Shown here piece after piece: positions 1 to 11,736 of a stretch of 64,000 nucleotides of DNA (the first letter of the stretch is position 1; each line of letters opens with the position of its first letter). The position numbers and the translations under genes are program-made. The stretch lies in the NCBI GenBank assembly GCA_977018835.1, contig OZ361260.1, positions 2,170,001 to 2,234,000 of the forward strand. The letters are read 5' to 3'. The DNA comes from Minutocellus sp. GHC0000111 (Eukaryota). The notes under the pieces were generated by a model, which saw only the letters and a list, made by a program, of their open reading frames with translations, made no database searches and was not told the origin of the DNA.

Positions 1-1
1 A

Positions 2-208
2 CATGGTTGGTGGTGCCTTCTTGGCAGTGGTATCTACCGCACCGACACTTGACGGCGGCAACTCCGCACAACTGCTGCTACTCGTGTTGGTTTCTTGATG
101 CGTACCGGAAAGGCCGCCGCTGAGGAAGGACGAGACCACCGCCTCGTGCTGCTGATCGTCACGGCCGTCTCCTCCTTCTGCGTCTGGAGATGTTTGGGGC
201 GTTGCCAT
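2..208 (-). CDS. 5' part of a hypothetical protein running off the left edge
   Basis: Manual translation from ATG at 208: MATPQTSPDAEGGDGRDDQQHEAVVSSFLSGG...KKAPPTM, open to the window edge. Confidence 0.45.
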   Translation of the reverse strand, partial: MATPQTSPDAEGGDGRDDQQHEAVVSSFLSGGLSGTHQETNTSSSSCAELPPSSVGAVDTTAKKAPPTM

Positions 209-1064
209 TGCCAAGTTATTGTATTATTGTCTTTCCAAGAGGGGAGTTCGTTCCCACCCTCGTGCCACATGCGTTTGTGCTCGTTGACTGAAACGGGAAC
301 CGGGATGGGTGGTTTTTGGCTGGCTTCAACACCTCCGGGTTGTTTTCTTCCTTGGTCGAGCGAGTCAAATGGCGGTAACCGATGACATTTTCCTTCTTTC
401 TTCCTCGCGTCATGCGGCCAGATTGATTTAGGATCGAGCGAGTCCAAAAGCGCGTCATCGAGCGAATTTTGTTACTCCAAGTAGCATTTATGTATTTAAG
501 CCCAATATCAGAACCATTTAGCTTGTTCAAATTGCAGTGTTATAAAAACTGGTTTTGATGTTTGTATTTTTGATGCGAGCTATCGCAGAACCAGCTGGCG
601 GGACCACCTGGCCACCTCAAGCATTTCTCGTTGAAATTTTGTCTGGAGGAGGCAAATGCGAGAAATGCCGAAGAAGGCCGCCAACCACCGGTGTTCTTCT
701 TCGATATTTGCATAAACCAACTGGCGAAGGTCCACATATTTGCCAGTTGGTCGATAGGAAGGCCAATAACTTCATCAGTCTTCCATCTGTATCTTTGATT
801 GGTACCGATTGACTGTTTTTTTCGCCATTCGCGCACCCTGTCAACACCGACCGAAAACCCTTCGACACGAAGATTCATTCTCGAAACATTTATTGCGGAG
901 GAATCGACGAAGCAACGAAAAGAGCGAAGAAGAGGTCCTCGTTCGACAGAATCCGTCGATCGATTGCGACGAAAACCATCTCGATTCATTCGTATCTTTG
1001 TCTCGAACCGCAGATCGAAAAAATATTTCACGTGCAAAGTTACCTTCATACACAACGACATAAC

Positions 1065-3089
1065 ATGGGCCACCGCGTGAGCACCCTCACCAACGACGGT
1101 AGCAGCAGCTGCTGCTGCCCGGGCAACGCAACGCCTCGACCAGATAGAACCATCAGCAGAGCAACCTTCCTCTTAATGATTGTCGGCCTTGCAGCCGCAT
1201 CGTCGAGCTCCACCTCATGCTTGTCAACGATGACGTCTACTAGCCCCGGCTCATATCCCATGCGACGACCGCCGTCCAGAAGAATCGGTAGCAGAAGCAA
1301 CTCGTGCTGCTTCGTCGCGGCGGTCGATCCTCAACATAGTCGACAGCAACAACAACAACGAATATCATCGCATCCACAACAATACCCATTGTCAGTAGAG
1401 TCCACAGAAAGCAACACACATGCCGGAACTCGATTTAGTTACCGACGAAGGCGGCCTCTCTCGAATTCACAGCTAGACGCCTTTTCGTCCTTAACACTAC
1501 CTGACGGCGATGACAACAACATGCCTTCTTCTAGTATATCGTCCTCTCACGGCGGGACGCAACGTCTCCTCGAACTGAGGGCACATACGATGAGTCCAAC
1601 CGTCATGCGAAAGGCATCGGGGAGCAGCCAAAAGGGAGGCATTCCCCTGTCATCGTACACACTGGGGCTGCGACCTCAGTCCAATCCGGTAACTCGGCCC
1701 AAGGGTGGGAGACGACGGACCGGAGGTGGGGGCGGCAGTAGCAATGGTGGCGGCGACAACTCCAACCGCAACAACAAACGACCGCGCAACGCACGTGATT
1801 TCCCCCCTCATTTAGCCGCGGCTCTGGGTCCGACGGCCTTCGATCCCGAGAATGGCGACCTCGTCCTTGACGATGAGGAGTACGAACGGCGCAAGATGGA
1901 ATGGGCCAAACGATATACCGACGTCAATACTTTGCGGGAGACCTTTGGGACGAACCGCAACCAGCTGTGGGGTGATTTGGATCCCGAAACCACCCGCCGA
2001 CTGTACCACACCCTCCTCCCCCGTGCGCTGATGGGTCTGTACGATATGGGCCTCATGCGTCCCCACGAACTGGCACCTCTGGCCTACGAGGCACGGAATG
2101 CCGCCAAGAAGTATGCCCGGGAACGGTGCATCGTCCCCGGCCGCGTATTTTCCATGGCGTACGATGGATTCCGTTCGCTCCGGGACTACGGGCGGTGGAA
2201 TTCCGACGGCCTGTCCTGGGAGCAGGTGTGGGACAAGTACGAGCAGCAGGTCATCGATGAGTTTGACTTTGAGGATCACGAGGACGACGAGCTGACCAAG
2301 CAGATTTGTCTTCGAATTCTGGAGAGATCGTGCCAAACCAACGCCGCGGTGGACAAAATGTTCCTCAAGAACGTGGCCGGAGCCTCCAACGACGAACTCG
2401 ATGAGGTGGAAGATGACGACGAGGCCATCGCCAAGCGCACCCAGGAACGGATGGAGATGGCAGAGATCTCCGCCAAGATTGAGCAGGACGTGCACGACCT
2501 TTTATTCGAGGGTGCACAGAAGAGCCGCTTCTTTGACCCCACAAAGGAACAGAAGAAGAAGCTCAAGGAACGCAAGGAGGAGATTCGTCGTGCAGAAAAG
2601 ACCGCCGCAAAGGAAGAGCGCGCAACCGAAAAGTCCTTCTTCAAGGCTCTGAAGAAGGAGGAGAAACTCGAGAGACTGAAGCGCAAGGCCGCCAAGCGTC
2701 TCGCCAAGAAGAAACGTCGCAACTCTATATCGTCAACTCCCGATGTCGTTGTCGAAGATGTGAATGACCAAGATCTCGACCATGAGAAGAAGGTCAAATT
2801 GAAACCATCCGAAGTATGGCTCCTTCGAAAACTCGTTGGTACGAAGAAGCGCATCCGGGCCCTTCGAACTCAGACTCCGCTCATCAAGAAGATTCACGAC
2901 GATGACTCCGATGCCACCATCATCGCCAGCTCTTCCTGCGACATTGACGATGACGAATGTCACCGAAAAGAGTACGGAGAAGCTCTCATGGAGTTCAGCC
3001 CACGTGCCAAGTCACTTAAACGGCCATGGCTGAGCCGAGGCCGTGCTCTACCGGAAAGGGAAAAGAAGACTACTGCCGATCGAAAATAA
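1065..3089 (+). CDS. Hypothetical protein with helical core and Lys/Glu-rich coiled-coil tail
   Basis: Long uninterrupted ORF, first ATG 1065; hydrophobic stretch FLLMIVGLAAA near the N-terminus; globular-looking core (WGDLDPETTRRLYHTLLPRAL...). Confidence 0.8.
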   Translation: MGHRVSTLTNDGSSSCCCPGNATPRPDRTISRATFLLMIVGLAAASSSSTSCLSTMTSTSPGSYPMRRPPSRRIGSRSNSCCFVAAVDPQHSRQQQQQRISSHPQQYPLSVESTESNTHAGTRFSYRRRRPLSNSQLDAFSSLTLPDGDDNNMPSSSISSSHGGTQRLLELRAHTMSPTVMRKASGSSQKGGIPLSSYTLGLRPQSNPVTRPKGGRRRTGGGGGSSNGGGDNSNRNNKRPRNARDFPPHLAAALGPTAFDPENGDLVLDDEEYERRKMEWAKRYTDVNTLRETFGTNRNQLWGDLDPETTRRLYHTLLPRALMGLYDMGLMRPHELAPLAYEARNAAKKYARERCIVPGRVFSMAYDGFRSLRDYGRWNSDGLSWEQVWDKYEQQVIDEFDFEDHEDDELTKQICLRILERSCQTNAAVDKMFLKNVAGASNDELDEVEDDDEAIAKRTQERMEMAEISAKIEQDVHDLLFEGAQKSRFFDPTKEQKKKLKERKEEIRRAEKTAAKEERATEKSFFKALKKEEKLERLKRKAAKRLAKKKRRNSISSTPDVVVEDVNDQDLDHEKKVKLKPSEVWLLRKLVGTKKRIRALRTQTPLIKKIHDDDSDATIIASSSCDIDDDECHRKEYGEALMEFSPRAKSLKRPWLSRGRALPEREKKTTADRK

Positions 3090-3322
3090 GCCAAGTTCGG
3101 TTATGGCTAAACCTTTGCGTAATCAGCACAACGCTACTGCAGCTATCTTGCAGTATTTTTCAAGAACACACATTATGGTGTTCCGCTATCATAACGCTAT
3201 CATAGTAAAAACAATGTAGATTATTTTATACTCAAAAGATTTGCCTAATTTTTACAGTAGCTACTTCGTTCAGAAAGAATCGCTCAAGGTATTGAAGAAC
3301 ATAGAAAGATGCTGGCATCAAC

Positions 3323-4603
3323 TTACTCAACAGCAATGGTTGTCACCTCGGGGCACTTGAGCCAACCCTTCTTGGATGCGATGGCAGCTTCTTCATGCGA
3401 CAGACACATGCCATAGTTACCGGCCAATGAGGGGCACCAGACGCAGTCCTCGCCGGTCGAGCTGTCCTTGGCCTCCGAGCAGGCCTCATTGTCTAGACCA
3501 CTGCTGGGAATGCACGACGAGGGGATGAGATCGAGCATACCTTCATTATCCTTACCCGCAGCACTTCCACCACGAAGACCATTGGCATCGCCACTGCACT
3601 TGACATCCTGGACGAATCCCTTGATCATCTCGGAGGCCTCTGGCGTGGTGCAGACCGAGGTACGCAGTGAGTGCGAAGCGCAGAAAAGACAATCGGATCC
3701 ATCGCTGATGGAGGTGCTCTGGCAGTTGTCCGCCGACGTGCTGGCCTGGGCACACATCATGATATCCTGGATTGAGTCATCAATGGCACTCTTGGCCTTG
3801 CTATCGGTAGTGGTAGTATCGGCAGTATCGGAACCGCACTTTAGGTCCGGGATAAACTTCTGCATCATGCTCGAGGCGCTTGGGGTGGTACAAAGATCTT
3901 GCTGAACGCTGGCGCTCTTGCACATGACACAATGCTCACTATCGCTCATCTCAGTCGAAGAACATTGATCGGCACTGGCCCCACTCTGCGCACAGAGGAG
4001 GAGATCTTGGATGTTGTCCTTGACCGTGGGGCTGGAGGTCGAATCTTCGGCAGACTTCTCATCATCACCACCACTACCACTTCCACAATCCAAGTCCGGG
4101 AGCAGTTGCTTGATCATCTCCGAGGCACTCTCGGTGGTACAGATGGACTGCTGGACCGAGTCCGACGTGCAAAATACGCAGTCAGATCCATCGCTGACTT
4201 CGGTGGCAGTGCATTGATCAGGCGAGGCGGAGTTTTGAGCGCAGGTCATAATGTCCGAGAATGGGTCCTGAGCGGTAACCCCGATGGCACTCAAAAAGAT
4301 GAGGCGCTGTGGCTCGTCGGTGCTTTCAGCCTTCTCATCAACCTCTTGAGGAGTAGGGTCAGCACCGCAATCTAAATCAGGCAAAAATTGCGTCATGGTC
4401 TGGGAAGCCTGAGAAGTGGTGCAAATAGCTTGCCCCAAAGAATCAGAACTGCAGAACTTACAATGTTCACCATCGGATATGGTTGTGGCCGTGCAGTCAT
4501 CTGCTGACGCTCCGGCCTGGGCGCACTTCATCAAATCATCAAAGGGATTTTGGGCGGCAGTGCCGGCGCCAGCAGCGGCGAGGAGGAGGATACGGAGCTT
4601 CAT
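3323..4603 (-). CDS. Secreted cysteine-rich repeat protein (4 six-Cys repeats plus a divergent C-terminal unit)
   Basis: Signal peptide MKLRILLLAAAGAGTAA; repeats of form D(L/I)xxCAQxxxSxDxCxxTxxSDxxxCxxCxSxSxxxxxCTTxxASxMxxxxxxDxxC. Confidence 0.85.
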   Translation of the reverse strand: MKLRILLLAAAGAGTAAQNPFDDLMKCAQAGASADDCTATTISDGEHCKFCSSDSLGQAICTTSQASQTMTQFLPDLDCGADPTPQEVDEKAESTDEPQRLIFLSAIGVTAQDPFSDIMTCAQNSASPDQCTATEVSDGSDCVFCTSDSVQQSICTTESASEMIKQLLPDLDCGSGSGGDDEKSAEDSTSSPTVKDNIQDLLLCAQSGASADQCSSTEMSDSEHCVMCKSASVQQDLCTTPSASSMMQKFIPDLKCGSDTADTTTTDSKAKSAIDDSIQDIMMCAQASTSADNCQSTSISDGSDCLFCASHSLRTSVCTTPEASEMIKGFVQDVKCSGDANGLRGGSAAGKDNEGMLDLIPSSCIPSSGLDNEACSEAKDSSTGEDCVWCPSLAGNYGMCLSHEEAAIASKKGWLKCPEVTTIAVE

Positions 4604-4895
4604 CTTGGAGCGGTACAGTTGAAGCACGAGAGCACGATACGAGAGCACGAGGCAGCACGAGTGAAATATGAATATGAAGCGTGTTGCAATTTTCATGCGT
4701 TGGCTATTTCGACAGAATAGAAGAGGGGAAAAGACAAAGATTCCCCGAATTGTGTAGAACCTCAGATTTATTTCAATATGAAGAAATTGAAAAATATTTT
4801 ATGATTTAAACACACCTCCCACGCTTTCCGCGGTACTCGTACGCGTTCCTCGCCCTGCTTTCCAAATCCCAAACCTCCTCCCAAACCTCCTACCC

Positions 4896-5678
4896 ATGAC
4901 CGAATCCACAACGCACGAGGAGCTCCTACCAGCCCTGAAAACCGAGCTGGGCGATGCAGCCGACGGGGTCAGCGACGAAAATCTACTTAAATTCCTTCGC
5001 TGGAAGCCCAGCGTCGAACGCGCCGCCGGTCGGTTCCGCGACCATCAAAAGTGGAGGGCCGAAAACCCCTTCGCATTCGAAGACCGGCCTCTCCAAGCCA
5101 GCAAGGATGACGAGCTGAAGCGTGTCCTTGAAACAAATGTGGTGATTGCGCAATAAGATTTCGTCAGCAAGAAGGGATCGGCGGTGCTGTGTGGACGTTT
5201 GCGGAACAACGACATGACCGACGGACGAACCGTCGAAGATGTAGTTCGAATGGTGCTTTTATAATGGATAGAGTCCTGGAACGCGAACATGCCCAGGTAC
5301 ATGGCATTACTCTGTTTTATGACATGAAAGGTGTAACATCGAAAAATATCCATGTGGGAATCCCCCAAGGTACTGTTGAATGCAATCATCGGAAACTTCC
5401 CTATTCGGATCGAAGGGGCTTATATACTCAATGCTCCCTTCATTTTTCGGGGGATGTTCAGCATGATTCAAATGATGATGCCCCAGAAACTGAGGAAGCG
5501 TTTTCATTTTGTATCGAGCATCGACGAAGTGTACAAGGTGATCGCCAAGGATTTGCTGTTGGAAGAGCATGGTGGCAAGAGAGTTCACGAATCATCGGAA
5601 TGGGTAGCGTCTCAGATGCAGAGGGAATCCAATGGTACTGTTTGCAGCCTGAAGGAGTGTTATGATGGGTCTACATAG
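4896..5678 (+). pseudogene. CRAL-TRIO/Sec14 lipid-binding protein, disrupted (in-frame TAA at 5154-5156; frameshifts near 5258 and 5365)
   Basis: SDENLLKFLRWK CRAL-TRIO N motif; frame continues past the stop (DFVSKKGSAVLCGRLRNND); GITLFYDMKG and FPIRIEGAYILNAP...PQKLRKRFHF lie in shifted frames. Confidence 0.8.
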
Positions 5679-5782
5679 TATAATGATTGGTGCTGATATA
5701 TCTTTGAGTTCCATGGTTCTGCAAATTAAATTAGTTCAAGCAAGCAATCCAAACTGTGCAAACTGCAAGGTCTGGGAATCCT

Positions 5783-6700
5783 TCAAACCGCAATTTTGTC
5801 AATATTCGAATCAATCACAAAGCAGGGGTCTATGGGGTCTTCGTCTGATGCATCACCAACATCATGGCATACAACAGAACTCTTCCCTGATGCTTTGCCA
5901 TGTTTTTGACTCTTCTCCCTAGTTTCCAGGTAAAACTTGGCCCTAGCGTAAACCATTGCTGCCTCCTCGGGAGTGTCGAAGGTTCCCAGTGTCACCAGTT
6001 TCTTTTTAATGCCGATTCTTGCTTCGAAGCGACTTTTATTCTTCTTGACTCCGGCATATCCTGAGGCAGTTCCCTCTTTGCGAATTAGAGACAAATCTGT
6101 CGGTATGCCGCTCAAGTCTAGCCCACCAAACACATTGCCGTAAACATTGGCGGACGATTTCCTTGCTTTGTACTTGTATGCCGCGCGGGCATAGTCGGCA
6201 GCGGCATCTTCCTCATTATCATAGTACCCGATGGATCGGACCTTTCCTTCCACCATTATCTGCGCCTTCCATTTCAATTGCTTCGCCTCATAGTAAACGC
6301 CCGTATACTTGGAGCAGTTTGGTCTATCCGTTCGGAAGCGGCGGGAATTGTCTTTGTACAGAGTGCTGCCCAGCTGATTCTTGAGGATGGGCGGTTGTGG
6401 GGGCACCCCGGTCAAGTCTATGAAACCGGTGCCCTTTCGCTTTGTTGGCTTGGATAATCGGTAGCCCTTTGGTCGGCCCCGCCTTTTTGCAACGGTTTTC
6501 GCTGGTTGGTCGCTTGCATTTTGGGCATCCGCAACGCTTGCGTTCTTGCTTGCGTGAACTACCTCTGGTGCTTCAGCACATGCGTTGCTGTTGCCGGTAC
6601 ATGCACCCGTATCCCTGCTATTGCCCTCATCCGCAAAAGAGGTTCCTAGTCCGAGCACAGCATAATCCTCGGCATCGAGACTTGCACTTCCCTCTGCCAT
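5783..6700 (-). CDS. AP2-domain transcription factor (two AP2/ERF domains, AT-hook-like RRGRPK)
   Basis: SKYTGVYY...KWKAQI...IGYYDNEEDAAADYARAA and SGYAGV...RFEARI...LGTFDTPEEAAMVYARA; start at MAEGS is inferred. Confidence 0.88.
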   Translation of the reverse strand: MAEGSASLDAEDYAVLGLGTSFADEGNSRDTGACTGNSNACAEAPEVVHASKNASVADAQNASDQPAKTVAKRRGRPKGYRLSKPTKRKGTGFIDLTGVPPQPPILKNQLGSTLYKDNSRRFRTDRPNCSKYTGVYYEAKQLKWKAQIMVEGKVRSIGYYDNEEDAAADYARAAYKYKARKSSANVYGNVFGGLDLSGIPTDLSLIRKEGTASGYAGVKKNKSRFEARIGIKKKLVTLGTFDTPEEAAMVYARAKFYLETREKSQKHGKASGKSSVVCHDVGDASDEDPIDPCFVIDSNIDKIAV

Positions 6701-6955
6701 TATTGCTGCTTGAAGCGACGAAGCGACGGGCGTGTGTTGTGACGCCGCGAGCAATTGCTGGATTGCTGGATTGCTGGACGCCGTGATCGCAGCGTGACGG
6801 CAGAAAGCGTATTTGACGATGGCATGACACATCAGAAACTAAAAACCAAAAAGCGAAGGCTATCGATTATCCGATATCCGATCCATTCCAATCCATCGGT
6901 TTTGCCTTGACCATGCGTTCCCACTTCCCACACGTAGCTAGACCGCACCGCCACG

Positions 6956-9382
6956 ATGACAGGTAGCAGCGACGATGAGTCGGTGGACTCCCTCGACGAG
7001 TGGCTCAAGGGCGGGCCTTCGTCGAAGAAGGCGGCAGCAGTCGGCGCCCACGTTGTTGGTACGAGTACTGGTGACGACGATGACTCGGACCTCGACTCGG
7101 TAGATCGAGAGATTGAGCGGATGATGAGGGAAGCGAGAGCGAAGGCCGGTAGTGCTAGTACTCGCAAGGAGGGCGAATCCTCGTCGTCTCCACCACCGAT
7201 GCCAGATGGCGAGGACGATTCCGATCTCGACTCGGTAGATCGAGAGATTGAGCGGATGCTGAAGGAAAGAAGGGAGAGGTCTGCGAATAAGGAGGATACG
7301 GAGGAGAAGACTGTCGACGAGAAGAATGCCGGCTCTCTATCAGGAGGAGTAGAATCACTACCAGAATCATCACTGTCCCCAGCAGCTGCCCCGGCCGCTA
7401 CTCGTGCGAACACTCGTACCTCCCCGCCGACCAGGCAAAGCCATCGTGGGGTGGCCTGGCATCACGAGGTCGACGTGATGGAGCGGAGGAAGAGACGGCG
7501 GAGGGCAAGGGCCGGCTACTTCAGGTCGAGGAACATCGACTCGGATTCGGACGACGATGATGACGACGACGATGATTTCCTGGAATACGCCAGAGCGGCC
7601 GAGCTGTCTAAGAAGCGGAAGCAGGAGGAGGAAGCGAAGGCTGAGGCTGAGCGAGCCAGGTTGGCAGCTGCATCTGCGAATGCTGATGAGACCATACAGG
7701 ATTATTGTGATGACGGGGATGCGGGTGAAATGGAAGCCGAATGCGACTCTGTAAAGAAAAGCGCTGCCGCCAGAAAAGAGGACATCCACAATAAAGATGA
7801 CATCGTCGAGAGTGATGATAGCGACGTTGAAATTATCGAGGAGAGTGATGATGATGACGATGATCAATACAAATCGCCAACGAACCATCGACGCCAAACC
7901 CAAAGGACGCCGTCACCTCGGAAGCATCGTATTGCTGCAGCTGCGCCCACATCACCATCAGAAGTAATATGCTTAGACGTGGATTCCGACGGCGACGAAG
8001 AGATTGAAGAACCAACGCACCCCTTGCTATCATCTCCACCGCCGCATATGGATGCGTCGTCATGGCAGACTGTAAGGAAGATACAGGAACAAGATAGGAA
8101 GGAAGCAACAGGGTCAAAAGGGTTATTTTCACCGGGCTTCTCGCCAGCAAAGCGCAAACGACCCGCGACGCATTCCACCGATGGCATCAAAAATGACGCC
8201 GACCTCGCTCGGAAGATGCAAGCAGAGGAAGATGCTGCGGCAGAGGCAGAGACCAAGCGTCGGAGGAGGCTGACACAGGGACCAAGCACGTTTTAGGAGG
8301 TACTTGCGACGCTCGACAAGTGCCAACGGATAGCCCTGCGAGCAGTAGAGAACGAGGCTCGGCCCTGCCACGATGCGGCCCTTCCCAAGGTCCGAGCTCG
8401 GGTGATCAAGCTGGGATACAAACCTGACGACCTCGATCGATGTCTGGCTTACATCCGTGATGAGGCACCGGTGATCATACATCTGACAGAGCAATGTCTT
8501 GGGTTTCTTGTGAAGGACACACACTATCGCAGCCTTTTTGAGACTTCGACTGGTGGTGGGGGCATAAACACGACATCCAGAAGGCAGTGGGAGCGGAGCA
8601 TGTTTGGCCCGGCCTACGATAGATGTTCTGCGTTTCAAAGGCCAAAGTACGGGTGTGTCAACATAACTGGCGATATCGAGGGCGTCAAACCGGCAAGGCA
8701 CTATGGAGACTTGCACATGATCCTCAAGAAGTCGATCCGGCACCGGTGTACCTTCTTTGACAAGGACACTGGGGGTTTTGATAGCCATAATATGGCAGCG
8801 GCATCGGGATTTACAGCTGCATACCGCCTTTCAGGTATGCCAGCGAGCGCCACTTCATTGGCCACTGCGCGATATTATGCGCACGTTCTTGAGGGATATA
8901 CCGACGAGGAAATCAAGTCCATTCTGAATCTTTCCGGAGTTGGAGGTGGTCAAAGCAAGTGCCAAATGTACAAGGAAGCTCAGATCCACGGGCCTGTGTG
9001 CTTGGCAACCGACATTGAGGCGCTGTCTGTGCCTGGTCGAGAGAGCGATGCTTCCAAGGATTTGAAGAATATGGTGTGTGCATTCCAGAAGAAGGCCGGG
9101 TGTTCAGTACTCTGGCAGGGCGATCTACTTGGCCAAGACAATAGAAAACAGAGGCCGCAAGCTGTGCCGTTTGGCAGTCTACCGACCGATGTAAGCAGTA
9201 TGATTCCCGGGTTATCAGGTGGGATCATGTCGTCTCATGCGGCAGGTGGCGCGATTCCCTTTTTGGGGACTGGTCATCGGCTAGGTGCCGGATCAGGTAA
9301 AGATCCCGCCTCCGCAAGTTCAACCTCGAGTTTATCGGTTGCTCCCTTTTCCGGAAAAGGTCATAGACTCGGTGGGAAATAG
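6956..9382 (+). pseudogene. DUF3626-domain protein with acidic disordered N-terminus, SIM/MIU motifs and two SHP boxes; single in-frame TAG at 8294-8296
   Basis: ORFs 6956-8296 and 8402-9382 share a frame and the bridge is open (F*EVLATLDKCQRIALRAVE...). DUF3626-like motifs: VIIH, YRSLFET, WERSMFG.AYD, RPKYG, YG, RCTF, YKEAQIHG. Confidence 0.75.
7078..7268 (+). repeat. Intragenic direct repeat encoding DDSDLDSVDREIERMxxE twice
   Basis: ctcgactcggtagatcgagagattgagcggatg occurs at about 7091 and about 7226. Confidence 0.85.
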
Positions 9383-9605
9383 CTTTACTTGATGCTAATA
9401 ACTTTTCATAGGGCAGAGTTTTATCGTCTTGAACGACATGCTGTTGTTTATTTCCTATGTACGAATTCTTGGTTTTGTGTGAGTATGCAAGTAGGCTGAG
9501 AGGAAGTCTCGATCTCATGGATCTACAGGAATGGGCAGAGGCCTTGTCTTTCCCAGCAAATGATGGATCCCAATGAAAGCATTACACTGTACGCCGTTGT
9601 GCCAG

Positions 9606-11163
9606 TCATTTGCTGTTCTCACTGCTTTCCCCATTCTCAGCCTTGATGAGGGAAACATCTTCCAATTCTGACTCCGAATGCTTGATCTCATTCGATCCCT
9701 TTCGAACCTCCTTCATCAAATCGACCACGGCATTCTGAGTGCTGACCGTGACCTTGCGGGCCCACCACGCAAGAGGGACAAAGATGGAGCCGCAGAAGAG
9801 CATATTCAGGAAATTCAAAGCCCAATGCCCATCGGGTCCACTTCCAGGGATGACCTGTGGAATGTGCTGGACATTGTTGCACATGAACACATGGAATTGC
9901 AGCACATAGGTCTCCAACGTAATCCGTCCGAAGAATTCCAACGCCGTACTGTGCAACTCAGTCAGATACTTCGACGAATTCCGCACCATGAGCCAACCCG
10001 CCACGGGCATCCAGAAGATATAGGGGTGCATGGGATTGTACACAAACTTGTCGCTGATGGAACCGAAGCCATACCACCAAAGCCACAAAAGAGCGGCACC
10101 GACGAAGCGCTGGATCCACATGGCTCCAGTGCGCTCCGACTCGCCATTGTAGGCCCACTGCATGTAGGCTTTGAATTTGGACCAGACCAAACCGGACCAG
10201 ATACCAACCAGAGCGGAATACTTGTCAGATTGGAAGCGGAACAGATACTCGTCGGAGAAAAGACTGAGGAAATTGACGGCGGGAGTTTCATAAAAGATGA
10301 TGTGGACCACGGTGCAAATGATAAGACCGCCGATGCGACTATTCCAGTACGACATGCCCTTCTTCTCGAGGGCACAGCAGATCCAGCAAGTTGCCATGGT
10401 AATGAAGAAACCGGTGGTGTGGAGGGGAACGACGTAGTACAGCTCAAGGGGAACACGCAAAAACACCGAAAGGAGGAGGGGGAAGTAGTTGATGCGAAGC
10501 CACATCGAAATGGCCCGATCGACGGTGAAATCCTTGGTCTTGTCAAAGTAGAGGAAGTTACCGAAGCCAGTCATCCTATAGTGCGATTCCATGAGAGAAA
10601 TGAATGTAGAAAAATGTGGGTCATTTGTGAGCGATTCATTGCAATGCATGTGCTGTTTCGAGGCGAAAGATACGTTGGCACACTAAGACCAAATGTTCCA
10701 TCACTTCACTTTGCCACAAGTATCAACATTACGAAGAATCATGATCTGCCTGCCTTCTCCAAACCACAATGGCATAGCACACAAGCAAATCAAATGCAAC
10801 TCACCATACGTATGCGCTGACGAAGCACCGAATTTCATTGTAAGCCGAATACATGCGGTAGTAGTGATACATAATGAATGCAAACTGCATCCACCCCTTC
10901 CACTCCTCGGTCTGCGCCCGGCTCAGGAGCTGGACGCCGCGCTTGGGGTCGGTCTCCTTCCGCTGCATGGTAGCCAGGGCGGCCACGAGCATGGCGCCGC
11001 AAACGACGTAGAACATGGTGGGGTCATGATTCTCGTTGCGATGGTAAGATTTGGGGAAGATGTTGCCCAGATGAGCGATCAGGAGGATGACCGCCACCTG
11101 GCACTGGGCCAGGAGGAACTCCTTCTTGGAGGACCAGCGTTCGAGGAGGGACTGTCCGGCCAT
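9606..11163 (-). CDS. RWA/Cas1p (CASD1-like) multi-TM O-acetyltransferase; intron 10576-10804
   Basis: LSRAQTEEWKGWMQ, spliced AYVW|MTGFGNF, EYLFRFQSDKY, FFGRITLETYVLQFHVF; GTGAGT...TAG intron restores frame. Confidence 0.9.
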
Positions 11164-11736
11164 GCTATTTCGTATTGTTCAATGCTACTGGTGGCGACTG
11201 TGCTACTTCTGAGAGATAACGAGCACTTGTTCGTTTGGCGAGAAAAGGGTCACTTATTTGCGTTTGGACTCTACTTGTTGAGACGAGTTCCTCGTGGATC
11301 TACCTCTCCAAACAAGTCAAACAATGCGGGGGAAGATGCTTCCAGTTGCGATGAAGTGGTTGGATGTACTGATTAGCGACCAATACTCAGGCGGCAGCCG
11401 GTCATTTGCTTCCATAGGTTGGTGGAACCAAACTGTGCTGGGTTTGCTGTTTGGATTTTGCTTGTCGGTGACCTCCCCCTCCGCGCGTGTTGCAATGACC
11501 AACGGATGACGAAAAGACGATTTTAGTGAGAGTGGCGATTCATTTAATGTGAAAATTGCGCCGAGTCAATCCCGACGATGGAGGCGAGAGAGAATTCGTG
11601 CGCATTGATAGGCCAAGAAACCTGCTTTGCTCAGTGCATTCTGACTTGGATTACATCGCATTCTTCTTGCTAGAAGTATGATAAGTGCTTTTAGCGTTCT
11701 CAATATTCCACAGAACCTCGCTAACCTTGAGAAGTC

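Noticed and set aside
9606..11163. 'Cas1p' as CRISPR Cas1
   Set aside because: Name coincidence: this is the capsule-synthesis/RWA O-acetyltransferase family
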